64,000 nt of DNA from the human T2T-CHM13v2.0 reference genome, Homo sapiens: the NCBI RefSeq assembly GCF_009914755.1, contig NC_060925.1; one strand, 5' to 3'. The position numbers and the translations under genes are program-made. The first letter of the stretch is position 1. Every line of letters begins with the position of its first letter. The notes below the pieces were generated by a model that was given only the letters and a program-made list of their open reading frames with translations, had not been told where the DNA came from and made no database searches. This document shows positions 61,154-64,000 of this stretch, one piece after another.

Positions 61154-61249
61154 CAGTGTTATTTTGTAATTAACATTATGCATATTATTACCTACATTTC
61201 TACTTTAAAAGCTAAATGTTTTATTTTAAAAAATCTCCCTGATTCTACT

Positions 61250-63720
<2,471 letters not shown>

Positions 63721-63749
63721 CACAGAGTCTATTTAATAAAAAAAAAAAA

Positions 63750-63845
63750 TCTACTTGGAGATTGAGGTTACAGTGAGCTATGACCACACCACTGTACCCC
63801 AGCCTGGGTGAACAGAGTGAGACTCTGTCCATTAAAAAAAAAAAT
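63750..63845 (+). mobile_element. Alu right-arm 3' fragment
   Basis: GAGGTTACAGTGAGCTATGACCACACCACTGTACCCCAGCCTGGGTGA followed by an A tail. Confidence 0.8.
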
Positions 63846-64000
63846 TCCTTGAACTATACAAGCAATAAAATGAACTACAGATGTGATGAATATTACAAAT
63901 ACAGTGGTGAGTACAAGAAATCAAGGGAAAACATATACTATGATGAAATTTTACTATATTGTTTAATATTGTTTGAATAAGAATATATTGTTGATAAAAC

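Overview
This is hominoid (almost certainly human) genomic DNA at the head-to-head SELENOF (SEP15) / HS2ST1 locus. Coding content is limited to three exons. SELENOF coding exons 1 (16586-16669) and 2 (5808-5975) lie on the minus strand; its Sec codon and SECIS are off the left edge. HS2ST1 coding exon 1 (17595-17718) lies on the plus strand, followed by 46 kb of its very long intron 1. The two genes share a CpG-island bidirectional promoter. The rest is intron dense with transposable elements: a full-length SVA nested in an Alu, a complete two-LTR THE1 MaLR, a near-complete Tigger1, Tigger2a, MER1B, MER3, MER58, MLT1/LTR40 solo LTRs, old L1M fragments and about 25 Alu/FLAM/FAM copies. Nearly all ORFs in the supplied track are repeat-derived artefacts. 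I found no novel gene system, CRISPR array or RNA gene. The best leads are regulatory: (1) a nested long-range RNA duplex plus a 2-codon uORF in the HS2ST1 5' leader; (2) several AG|GT recursive-splice-site-like motifs in HS2ST1 intron 1; (3) a sense-oriented SVA positioned to exon-trap SELENOF before its Sec codon; (4) a THE1 with intact DUX4-like motifs pointing toward SELENOF. Repeat subfamily calls come from memory of consensus sequences and need RepeatMasker/Dfam confirmation.
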